Of a stretch of 64,000 nucleotides of DNA, positions 28,185 to 36,170 are shown piece after piece; positions within the stretch are counted from its first letter, which is position 1; every line of letters begins with the position of its first letter. The notes beneath the pieces are model-generated. The model had not been told where the DNA came from. It saw only the letters and a program-made list of their open reading frames with translations, and did no database searches. Source of the DNA: an uncultured Polyangiaceae bacterium. GTDB taxonomy: Bacteria; Myxococcota_A; Polyangia; Polyangiales; Polyangiaceae. Location of the stretch: positions 1 through 64,000 of the forward strand of contig CAZHHD010000002.1 of NCBI GenBank assembly GCA_964531795.1, read 5' to 3'. A program made the position numbers and the translations under genes.

Positions 28185-30803
28185 TTGCCCGCAGTTTCTG
28201 TCCTCGCATCGCGTGATCGGGTCGTTCGCTTGGGCGGCGCGCTCGCCGGGCTCGCGCTCGTCGTCGCGGCGTTCCGCCCGGCTCCGCCCCCGCGCGAGCT
28301 GCCGGCGTTGGCCGACGCGCTCGGTGTGGCCATCGCGGGCGCGGTTTCCCCCGACGACATTCGTTGGGAGCCGTCGCACGGCGCGCTCGACGACTACGCG
28401 TTCGGTCGTTGGGTCGTGTTCTTGGGCGCGAAGACCGCGGGCGCGCCGCGCGACGTGTGGCGCGCGCGGGTGCGCCTCACCCCCGAAGGGCGGCCGGTCG
28501 AAGTGGCGGAGACCCACGATCTCACCTCGACGCCGCTCGGTGACGATCACGGGCTCGTCCTCGCGGGGACGCGCGCGGCCTTCGCCACGTTCGCCTACGG
28601 CCAAGAGCAGAGCGTCACGTCGCTCGATCTCGGCGGCGAAGACGCGACCCAAATCGTGAAGGCCCACGACCGCGCGATGGCGTGGGTGACGAACGTGCAG
28701 CAGACAGGAACCGGCGCGGGCGTGGGGCGCGTCGACGTGACCCTCGATCCGCCGGCGAAGAGAGCCGCGCTCCACCTCGACGCCGAAGGGAAGGTCGTGC
28801 TCGCCCTGACCTACGACGACGGCACGCGCGAGGCGCGGCTCGATCCGTCGAAGGCCGAGGTCACGAACGGTCTCCACGCCGAAGCGCAGCGTCACCTGCC
28901 GAAGCCCGTCGTCTTTTGGGCCGTCGACACCGTGCGCGCCGTGCCGTGGATCGGTCCTGCGCCCATCGCTTGGCTCGAGGATCAAGTCTTCGGGCTTCGC
29001 GACACGGCGAAGCAGCTCGCCTTCAAGCTTCACGCGAGCGATCCCGAGGACACCCTGGCCGATCCCGCCGTAGGGACTCCGCCGGCGGCGAAGGTGCTCG
29101 ACACCTCCAAGATCTCCGCCGACGACGGCGCGTGGCCGCCGACGAACATCCCTTCGATCTGGAAGAGCACCGAGCCGGGTGAAGGCGAGTGGGCTCCGCC
29201 CAAGCTCCCGTGGATGCGCAAGCTCGCCGAAGACGCGCCGCCTGCGTTCGTGCGCACCTTCGTGCGCCCCGACCAAGAGCGCCCGTACGCCGAGGTGCTG
29301 CTCGTGGCGATGGACATGCGCCAGCTCGAGCTCGACATGGAGGCGGGGAGCGAAGATCCCAAGCCGCTCGTCGGCGCCAACGGCCCGGGGCGCATCCCCC
29401 GCGACGCGCCTACGTACACGCGCGTGGTGGCGGCGTTCAACGGCGGCTTCAAGACCGAGCACGGCAACTACGGGATGATGGTGAAGAAGCGCGTGCTGCT
29501 TCCGCCGCAGCCGGGCGCGGCCACCGTCGCCGTGTTGAAGGACGGGCGCGTGGGCTTCGGCACCTGGGCGAACACGCACGAGATCACCGGCATCAAGGAC
29601 GTGGCCGACGCAGACATCGTCTCCTTCCGGCAGAACTTGGATCCGCTCGTCGACCACGGTGAGGTCAACCCCACGAAGCGCGGCCTCTGGGGATGGACGA
29701 TGCCCGGCACCGGCGTGCAGACCGAGCGCTCCGGCGTGTGCACGACGACGAGCGGCCACATCATCTACGCCTGGGGCGAGGACGTGAGCGCCACGACGCT
29801 AGGCAAGGCGATGAACATGGCCGGGTGCAGCTACGGTCTGCACCTCGACATGAACCCGCACCACACGGGGTTCATCTTCGCGACCATCGAGGAGCTCAAA
29901 GGGCGGAAGTATCACTCCGAGCTCCTCGCCCCGGGGAAGATGGAAATCAGCCCCGATCGCTACATCGAGTACGCGCCGAAGGACTTCTTCTACGTGCTGC
30001 TCCACGATCCCACGCCGGTCGCGCTCGCGAGCGGCACGGCCAGCGCCACCTCGTGGACCCCCGACGCCGGCACGCAGCCCGCGCCTTCGTGGGTGCCGGG
30101 GATCTGGACGGCGAAGATCTCCAGCGCCGAAGGGGTCGTCGAGCTGACCGACGTGGAAGCGGGGCGCGCCACCTTCCGTGTTCGCGGCGGCGCGCGTGAG
30201 CCCGATCCCAAGACCGGCGCTGCGCCGCTCACCGACCTGGGCGAAGCCGACGCCGCGCGCGTGCTCTTCGCCACCGGGCTCGGCGTGGCCGAAGAGAAGC
30301 GCCCCCGCGGGCTCGCGACCGGCGGCAAGCTGGTGATGCCGATGCACGGGGGCGCGGGGAGCGCCGCGCTCGTCGCCTCCGCCGACGGAACGTTGTCGAT
30401 CGTGCGCGCCGAAGAGGTGGGCGAGATCACGCCGGGGCAAGACTTCGCCGAGGTGCCGCTGCTCCTCGATCGCGGAGAGCCGATCGCTTCGTCGCATCCG
30501 CGGTCCACCGTGGGGAGCGCTTCGCGCGCGGCGCTCGGCATCACCGCCGAGGGGCGCGTGCTCCTTGCGCGTGGCCTCGTGCTGAGCGATGCGCCGCTCG
30601 CCGACGCGCTCAAGCGCGCGGGCTGCATCCGCGCCGTGTTGCTCGATCGCGGGGCGCGCGCCACGCCGTTCGTGGATCGCGCCGGTGGCGCTTCTCCGCC
30701 GCGCGCGCGCTACGACGTCAGCGTGCTCTATGCCGTCGCCAAGCCGATGAAGCCGCGCTCCTTCCGCTTCGAGCCGCAGACGACGCTCGCCCAAGCGAAG
30801 TAG
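28185..30803 (+). CDS. large secreted protein with C-terminal phosphodiester glycosidase (DUF2233/NAGPA-like) domain
   Basis: 872 aa with an N-terminal hydrophobic anchor (LAGLALVVAAF). The C-terminal region (SGHIIYAWGEDVSATTLGKAMNMAGCSYGLHLDMNPHHTGFIF ... GCIRAVLLDRGARAT) resembles phosphodiester glycosidase family proteins. Confidence 0.55.
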   Translation: MPAVSVLASRDRVVRLGGALAGLALVVAAFRPAPPPRELPALADALGVAIAGAVSPDDIRWEPSHGALDDYAFGRWVVFLGAKTAGAPRDVWRARVRLTPEGRPVEVAETHDLTSTPLGDDHGLVLAGTRAAFATFAYGQEQSVTSLDLGGEDATQIVKAHDRAMAWVTNVQQTGTGAGVGRVDVTLDPPAKRAALHLDAEGKVVLALTYDDGTREARLDPSKAEVTNGLHAEAQRHLPKPVVFWAVDTVRAVPWIGPAPIAWLEDQVFGLRDTAKQLAFKLHASDPEDTLADPAVGTPPAAKVLDTSKISADDGAWPPTNIPSIWKSTEPGEGEWAPPKLPWMRKLAEDAPPAFVRTFVRPDQERPYAEVLLVAMDMRQLELDMEAGSEDPKPLVGANGPGRIPRDAPTYTRVVAAFNGGFKTEHGNYGMMVKKRVLLPPQPGAATVAVLKDGRVGFGTWANTHEITGIKDVADADIVSFRQNLDPLVDHGEVNPTKRGLWGWTMPGTGVQTERSGVCTTTSGHIIYAWGEDVSATTLGKAMNMAGCSYGLHLDMNPHHTGFIFATIEELKGRKYHSELLAPGKMEISPDRYIEYAPKDFFYVLLHDPTPVALASGTASATSWTPDAGTQPAPSWVPGIWTAKISSAEGVVELTDVEAGRATFRVRGGAREPDPKTGAAPLTDLGEADAARVLFATGLGVAEEKRPRGLATGGKLVMPMHGGAGSAALVASADGTLSIVRAEEVGEITPGQDFAEVPLLLDRGEPIASSHPRSTVGSASRAALGITAEGRVLLARGLVLSDAPLADALKRAGCIRAVLLDRGARATPFVDRAGGASPPRARYDVSVLYAVAKPMKPRSFRFEPQTTLAQAK

Positions 30804-30823
30804 CGAGCGCGCTCCGCGTCCCC

Positions 30824-31915
30824 TCAGGGAACGGCGGGGCGCGTCGAAGGCGCGGGGGCGGCGCTCGGCGTGGGCGTCGGCGCGGTCGTGGGGGTCGGAG
30901 CCGGCGCGGGCGTCGGCGCCGCGGTCGGGGCGAGCGTCGGCGTCGCGGCCTGGGGAGCCACCGGCGCGCCGGCGTCGCTCGGGCTCGCCCCTTCGCTCGC
31001 CGCTCCGCCGTCGACTACGCCTTCGATGGGCGTGTGGACCTCGTCGCCGACGTCGCTCGTTCCTTCGTCGGCTTCGCTCCCGCCCGGCCCGCCGTAGCGC
31101 GGCGCCTCGCCGGGGTGCGAGTAGTCGATCCAATACGCCGAGCTCGCGCGCGCATCCATGTGCACGAACGTGCTGTTCGGATAGTAGCCGCAGCCGGTGT
31201 TCTTCAGCGTGCGGCAGTAGTCGCGGAGCACTTCGTTGGGGACGCCCACCACGCGGAAGTCCATGGCGTGGCCGATGTTGTGGTTCGAGTGCTTCGTGTA
31301 CTGCGTCGTCTTGTACGGTCGGAAGCCGCTGATGACCTCGATCTTCCGTCCGCCGAAGTGGTTCGAGACGATGCCCGCCAACGCCACGAGGCGCGGCTCG
31401 ATCTCGTGCTCCTGATTGTTCGTCGCCCGGAGCATGTGCTGAAACGACTTGATGGCGGTCGGCGGTACGCGGCCGCGCCGATCCTTCACGCGGATCTGAA
31501 AATCCTCGCTCGTGGCCAGGCGCGTGGCGTGGATCACGTCGGGGGTCTTGGGGCGCGAGGCGTAGTTGATGGGCTTTTGCGGCCTTTCCTTGCCGCCGGC
31601 CTTGTCCCCTTTGCCGCCGGGGAGCGCCGCCGCGACCGTGCCGTGCCCGGTGGGCTCGGGCTTCGTCACCCCGGGGATGACCAGGGTCTCGCCGACCTTC
31701 AGGTGCTTCGGGTCTTTGATGTGGTTTTGGTCGACGATGGCCTTCACCGTCACGTGGTAGCGGTGGGCGATCGCCTCGATGGTGTGCCCACGCGCCACGG
31801 TGTGGGTGACGTCGGCGCGCGCGCCGCCCGGAAGAAGCGCCCAAGCACCGCCAAAGAGCAGGAAAAGACCGGCTCGGAGCGCGAGGGACGGCGGGGCCAT
31901 GGCGGCGCGTCTCAT
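30824..31915 (-). CDS. LysM domain + DUF882 (peptidase M15A-like) secreted protein with Pro/Thr/Ala-rich tail
   Basis: 363 aa from the ATG at 31913-31915. It has a signal peptide, a LysM motif (HTVARGHTIEAIAHRYHVTVKAIVDQNHIKDPKHLKVGETLVIP) and a DUF882 core (SGFRPYKTTQYTKHSNHNIGHAMDF...YYPNSTFVHMD). Confidence 0.75.
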   Translation of the reverse strand: MRRAAMAPPSLALRAGLFLLFGGAWALLPGGARADVTHTVARGHTIEAIAHRYHVTVKAIVDQNHIKDPKHLKVGETLVIPGVTKPEPTGHGTVAAALPGGKGDKAGGKERPQKPINYASRPKTPDVIHATRLATSEDFQIRVKDRRGRVPPTAIKSFQHMLRATNNQEHEIEPRLVALAGIVSNHFGGRKIEVISGFRPYKTTQYTKHSNHNIGHAMDFRVVGVPNEVLRDYCRTLKNTGCGYYPNSTFVHMDARASSAYWIDYSHPGEAPRYGGPGGSEADEGTSDVGDEVHTPIEGVVDGGAASEGASPSDAGAPVAPQAATPTLAPTAAPTPAPAPTPTTAPTPTPSAAPAPSTRPAVP

Positions 31916-32047
31916 AGCACAGGGCCCGCGCACCGAGCACCAGGCGACGGCGGACTTTTTGACCGCTTGAGGACGGGGATGCCACACTTGTGTCCTCGCG
32001 GAATCCTGCGGCGCGTCGCGCTTCGGGTACGCAGACGAGGCAGGAGC

Positions 32048-33103
32048 ATGGCCGAAGGCAAGAACCTGGTCGGGGTCGACATCGGCGCGAGCTCGATCAA
32101 GGTCGTCCAATTGAAGGAGGCGAGGAAGCGCTACAGCGTGGTCCGCTACGCGTACGCCCCTTTGCCGCCGCAGACGATCGTCGACGGTCACGTGATGAGC
32201 ACCGGCGTCGTCACCGAGACCCTGTCGCGCATGTTCACCGACGCGAAGATCTCGCAGCGTGACGTGGCCATCGGGGTCTACGGCCAGTCGGTCATCGTCC
32301 GAAAAATCACCGTCCCCATGATGACCCCCGACGAGCTCGAGGAGCAGATCAACTGGGAGGCGGAGCAACACATCCCCTTCGACATCAAGGTCATGTCGAT
32401 CGACTACGAGGTGCTGAGAAAGCGCCCCGAAGCCGGCCAAATGGACCTCCTCCTCGTCGCCGCCAAGAAGGACGAGATCAACGACTACGCGGCGATCGTC
32501 CGCGAGGCGAAGCTCAAGCCGATCGTCGTCGACATCAACGCCTTCACCGTCCAGAACATCTTCGAGCACACCGCCGGGCTCCCGCAGGACCAGACCGTGG
32601 CGCTCCTGAACGTCGGCGCGGCGGTCAGCAGCTTGAACATCGTCTCCCGCGGGGTGAGCGCGTTCACGCGTGAGATCGCCAACGCCGGCAACGCCGTCAC
32701 CGAAGAAATCCAAAAGCAGCTCTCGGTCTCCTTCGAGCAGGCCGAGGCGTACAAGCTGACCGCGTCGAACCCTGCGGGCGTTCCTCAGCAGGTGCACCAG
32801 GCCATCAACGGCGCGTGCGACACGCTCGCCGCGGAGATTCAGCGCTCGCTCGACTTCTACCTCGCCACCAGCGGTGAGGCCGAAATCACCCGGATCTACA
32901 TGTGCGGCGGGAGCGCGTACCTCGGCCCGCTGGCGCAGTCCGTCGAGCGCCGCGCTCGCGTGCCGGTCACGCTCTTCGACCCCACGATGAACCTGACCGT
33001 CGACGCCAAGACCGCCAACGAGCAAGATCTCCGCTCGCGCGCCTCGCAGTTCGTCGTGGCCATCGGGCTCGCCCTCCGCACCGACAAGGAGCGCCGCGCG
33101 TGA
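32048..33103 (+). CDS. pilM: type IV pilus assembly protein PilM
   Basis: 351 aa. It has an actin-like ATPase fold with the PilM N-terminus (LVGVDIGASSIKVVQL). Confidence 0.9.
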   Translation: MAEGKNLVGVDIGASSIKVVQLKEARKRYSVVRYAYAPLPPQTIVDGHVMSTGVVTETLSRMFTDAKISQRDVAIGVYGQSVIVRKITVPMMTPDELEEQINWEAEQHIPFDIKVMSIDYEVLRKRPEAGQMDLLLVAAKKDEINDYAAIVREAKLKPIVVDINAFTVQNIFEHTAGLPQDQTVALLNVGAAVSSLNIVSRGVSAFTREIANAGNAVTEEIQKQLSVSFEQAEAYKLTASNPAGVPQQVHQAINGACDTLAAEIQRSLDFYLATSGEAEITRIYMCGGSAYLGPLAQSVERRARVPVTLFDPTMNLTVDAKTANEQDLRSRASQFVVAIGLALRTDKERRA

Positions 33104-33747
33104 TTCGCGTCAACCTACTCCCGCAGAAGCGCGAGACCGCGCGAAGGGCCGCCTCGGGCGAGAGCCAGACTTGGCTCTTCGTCATCCTCGGCGTCGTGCT
33201 GCTCGAGATCGTCGTCTTGATCTTCTTCCAGAAGCACAAGGAAGACGAGCTCGCGAAGATCACCGCCGACAACCAGAAGGTGAACGCCAACATCACCGAC
33301 ATCAAGAACCAGATCGCCAACCACGACGAGATCAAGGCGCAGCTGAAGGAGCTGCGCGATCGTGAAGAGGCGATCGCGAAGCTGCAGTCGGCGCGCACCG
33401 GCCCGACGTCGGTGCTCCTCGAGGTCGGTCGCATCCTCACGCCCGGTCGCGGCCCCACCGTGGACCACGACAAGCTCGAGCAGATGAAGCGCGACAACCC
33501 CGGCGCCGTCCCCAACGCCAACTGGGACACGCGGCGCTTGTGGATGACCGAGTACTCCGAGGGCGATCGCAAGGTGAAGATCGTCGGTCAGGCGCGTGAC
33601 GGCGAGGACGTCTCGGAGTTTTTGCGGCGGCTCTCGCTCAGCGACTACTTCTACGAAGTCCGGCTCATGCCGGCGACGAAGGCCATCGACGCCACGACGC
33701 ACCTCGAGCTCATCAAGTTCGAGCTCAGCGCAAAGGTGAGGTACTGA
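33100..33747 (+). CDS. pilN: type IV pilus assembly protein PilN
   Basis: 215 aa. Its GTG start overlaps the pilM stop (GTGA). It begins VIRVNLLP and has a TM helix (WLFVILGVVLLEIVVLIFF) and a coiled coil. Confidence 0.8.
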   Translation: MIRVNLLPQKRETARRAASGESQTWLFVILGVVLLEIVVLIFFQKHKEDELAKITADNQKVNANITDIKNQIANHDEIKAQLKELRDREEAIAKLQSARTGPTSVLLEVGRILTPGRGPTVDHDKLEQMKRDNPGAVPNANWDTRRLWMTEYSEGDRKVKIVGQARDGEDVSEFLRRLSLSDYFYEVRLMPATKAIDATTHLELIKFELSAKVRY

Positions 33748-33748
33748 C

Positions 33749-34342
33749 ATGGCCGCCCCGGCTCCCAGCGCGCTCGCCAAGCTCACCACCCCCGTTCGCT
33801 ACGGCATCGGCGGCTTCATCGCGGTGCTCATCGCCGCCGGCTACTGGCTCGTGTTCTTCACCGACGTGTCGGCCAAGATCGACTCGGCAGTGAAGCAAGG
33901 CGACAGTCTGCGCGCCGACCTCGCTCGGGAGAAAGAGGCGCAAGCGAGCTACTTTGCCGATCGCGACGAGCTCGCCTTGCGCCAACAGCGCGCGCGCGAG
34001 CTCAACAAGGCGCTCCCCGCCGAGACCGAGATCGCCACGTTCCTCTCGGCGATTCAGCAGGTGGCGAACGTCTCCGGTGTCGACCTCAAAGGCTGGCAAC
34101 CGGCGGAAGAGAAGACCGAGGCCTTCTACGCCAAGGTGCCGATGTCCATCGAGCTCGTCGGCCGCTACCATCAGATCGCCAAGTTCGCCTACGAGATGGG
34201 GCGCCTCGAGCGCATCATCAACATCGAGAACATCGAGCTCGGCTCACCGAAGGTCGAAGGTGACGAGGTGAAGCTCAAAGCCAAGTGCCTCGCCACGACC
34301 TTCCACGTGCCCAAGGCCAAGCCGAAGGGAGCCACCAAGTGA
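33749..34342 (+). CDS. pilO: type IV pilus assembly protein PilO
   Basis: 197 aa. It has a TM helix (GIGGFIAVLIAAGYWLVFF), a coiled coil and a C-terminal PilO domain. Confidence 0.8.
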   Translation: MAAPAPSALAKLTTPVRYGIGGFIAVLIAAGYWLVFFTDVSAKIDSAVKQGDSLRADLAREKEAQASYFADRDELALRQQRARELNKALPAETEIATFLSAIQQVANVSGVDLKGWQPAEEKTEAFYAKVPMSIELVGRYHQIAKFAYEMGRLERIINIENIELGSPKVEGDEVKLKAKCLATTFHVPKAKPKGATK

Positions 34343-35007
34343 CGCTCCGCCCCGTTCACCGCGTTCAGGACGGCGCTCGCACCGTCCTCAGGCGCACGCG
34401 CCCGCTCCTCGCCGTGGCCTTCCTCGCCGCGCCGTTCGTGCTGCTCGCCTGCGGCGGCAAGAGCGCGTCGAACGACACCGCTGCGAAGCCGCCCCCGCCC
34501 GCGGAGCGCGCCGCGCAGAAGGCCGCCGCCCCCGCCGACGCCGGCAAGCCGCCGGGCCCGGCCGTCGAATACGGCGAGAACGACTTCGTCGAGAGCGATC
34601 GCAACCGCGATCCGTTTCGCTCCTTCGCCGCCGCGTTCGTCGCGCAAGGACCGAAGGCCATCACGCGCCAGCTCTCGGTGATCTTGCCGCAGTACTCGAT
34701 CGACGAGCTCACCCTCGTGGCCATCCAGACCGGAGGCGATCTCCCGCGCGCCATGGTGCTCGACCCCACGAAGAAGGGCTGGGTCTTGAAGCGCGGCGAT
34801 TACGTCGGTCGCCCCGACGTGGTGCACACCGGCGGCACGAACGGCGTCGACTACCAGCTCAATTGGCGCGTCGATCGCGTGCGCGACGGAGACGTCGTCC
34901 TGACGCGCGAGGATCCCGCGCAGCCCGGCATCGCGCCGGCGACCCGCGTCCTCCTCCTCCATCCCGAGGCGGACAAGGCCGGGAACGAGTCCACGAACCG
35001 CAACTGA
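34339..35007 (+). CDS. pilP: type IV pilus assembly lipoprotein PilP
   Basis: 222 aa. Its GTG start overlaps the pilO stop. It has a lipobox (FVLLAC) and a PilP-like C-terminus (RDPFRSF...ELTLVAI). Confidence 0.7.
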   Translation: MTLRPVHRVQDGARTVLRRTRPLLAVAFLAAPFVLLACGGKSASNDTAAKPPPPAERAAQKAAAPADAGKPPGPAVEYGENDFVESDRNRDPFRSFAAAFVAQGPKAITRQLSVILPQYSIDELTLVAIQTGGDLPRAMVLDPTKKGWVLKRGDYVGRPDVVHTGGTNGVDYQLNWRVDRVRDGDVVLTREDPAQPGIAPATRVLLLHPEADKAGNESTNRN

Positions 35008-35058
35008 GGGGGCCTCGCGGCTCTCGGTCTGCGCGTCGCTCCGTGCGCTGACGACGCG

Positions 35059-35946
35059 TCACTGCGACGCGAGCGCTTGCTTCAGCGCGCGCACGCGGTC
35101 GGCCCGCGGGCTGTGCGGGTAGTCCTCGAGGAACTGATCGGCGAGCCGCATCGCCTCGTCGCTCTTGTGCGCTTGCGCGAGCGCCTCGATGCGGAGCGCG
35201 CGCGCGTCGGTGCTCGAGAGCTCGCCCGGGTAGTCGCGATCGTACTGGTCGAGGATCGCGAGCGCGCGCGTCGTGTCTTTGGCGTCGAGCGCGGAGCGGG
35301 CCGCGTCGAGGGCCATCCCCTCGGTGGGGAACGAGTACTTCGAAGGCGGGTGCTTCTTGTCGCGCCGCGCGAAGGCGCTCCTTCGCCCGGCGTCGCCACG
35401 GAGCGATTCGAGCGATTCGGTCGGAGGAAGATCGCCGATGGGTCGAGCTGTGACCGTGAGCAGCGAGGGCGGCGCCGGCAGAGGCCTAGGGCCGAGATCT
35501 TGGTTCGCCGCCACCGGCGGAGAAAGGGGGCGCGGGGGCTCCTGCAGGCTCGATCCGGCGACCCGCGCGAGACCGAAGACGAGCAGCGTCCCCCCGAGAC
35601 CGACAGCGAGCCATTGCCACGCCGGTGTCCTCTGCATGTCGCTGGGGGACGGGAGAAAGCGCAGCCCCCCGCCCGCGAGCGGGCCCTGGGTCGTCGGGGG
35701 GGCGAGAGGCGCGGGCGGCGAAGCGCCCGGGCTCGTCGGTGCATCGGGCGCGACGTTGCCCGGCGTGGCGCTCGGCGTCGTGGCACCGACCTCGGGCGGC
35801 GCCGGCCCCTGCGAGGTGACCGGTGTCGCGCCCGCCGGAGCGGCTTGGCTCGCGGAGGGCTCGCCTTCGGCGGCGCTCGCGCCCCCGACCGGCGCGTCAC
35901 CCGGAAGCCACGCCCCCGGCCCGCCGCCCTGCTTCTCGTCGCTCAT
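35059..35946 (-). CDS. hypothetical Pro-rich membrane protein with C-terminal TPR-like helical domain, antisense between pilP and pilQ
   Basis: 295 aa from the ATG at 35944-35946, preceded by a GGGAGGGG RBS. It has a high-GC3 frame, a Pro/Ala-rich N-terminal region, one TM helix (WQWLAVGLGGTLLVFGLA) and a helical TPR-like C-terminus (ALRIEALAQAHKSDEAMRLADQFLEDYPHSPRADRVRALKQAL). Confidence 0.5.
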   Translation of the reverse strand: MSDEKQGGGPGAWLPGDAPVGGASAAEGEPSASQAAPAGATPVTSQGPAPPEVGATTPSATPGNVAPDAPTSPGASPPAPLAPPTTQGPLAGGGLRFLPSPSDMQRTPAWQWLAVGLGGTLLVFGLARVAGSSLQEPPRPLSPPVAANQDLGPRPLPAPPSLLTVTARPIGDLPPTESLESLRGDAGRRSAFARRDKKHPPSKYSFPTEGMALDAARSALDAKDTTRALAILDQYDRDYPGELSSTDARALRIEALAQAHKSDEAMRLADQFLEDYPHSPRADRVRALKQALASQ

Positions 35947-36170
35947 GACCCCTCCCATGATGCCATCTTTCGCCGCTTCGCGGGAATTCGCGCAGAGAAC
36001 GTCGGCGCCGTCGTCGGCAGCGAGCTTTCGAGCCGACCCACGTGTAGGAGCGAAGCACTGCCACAAATTGGTCCCTTTGCGAGACCTCCGATTACCGTCC
36101 GATCTGCGATCCCCTGAAGTCGACCCTCCCCATCGAGCGGTCGGTCTCTGGTGACGCGAGGAGCTCCACG

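Noticed and set aside
31034-32047. N-terminal 338 aa of the 689-aa ORF ending as PilM
   Set aside because: The region is antisense to the LysM-DUF882 gene and compositionally biased. PilM begins at ATG 32048 (MAEGKNLVGVDIGASS).
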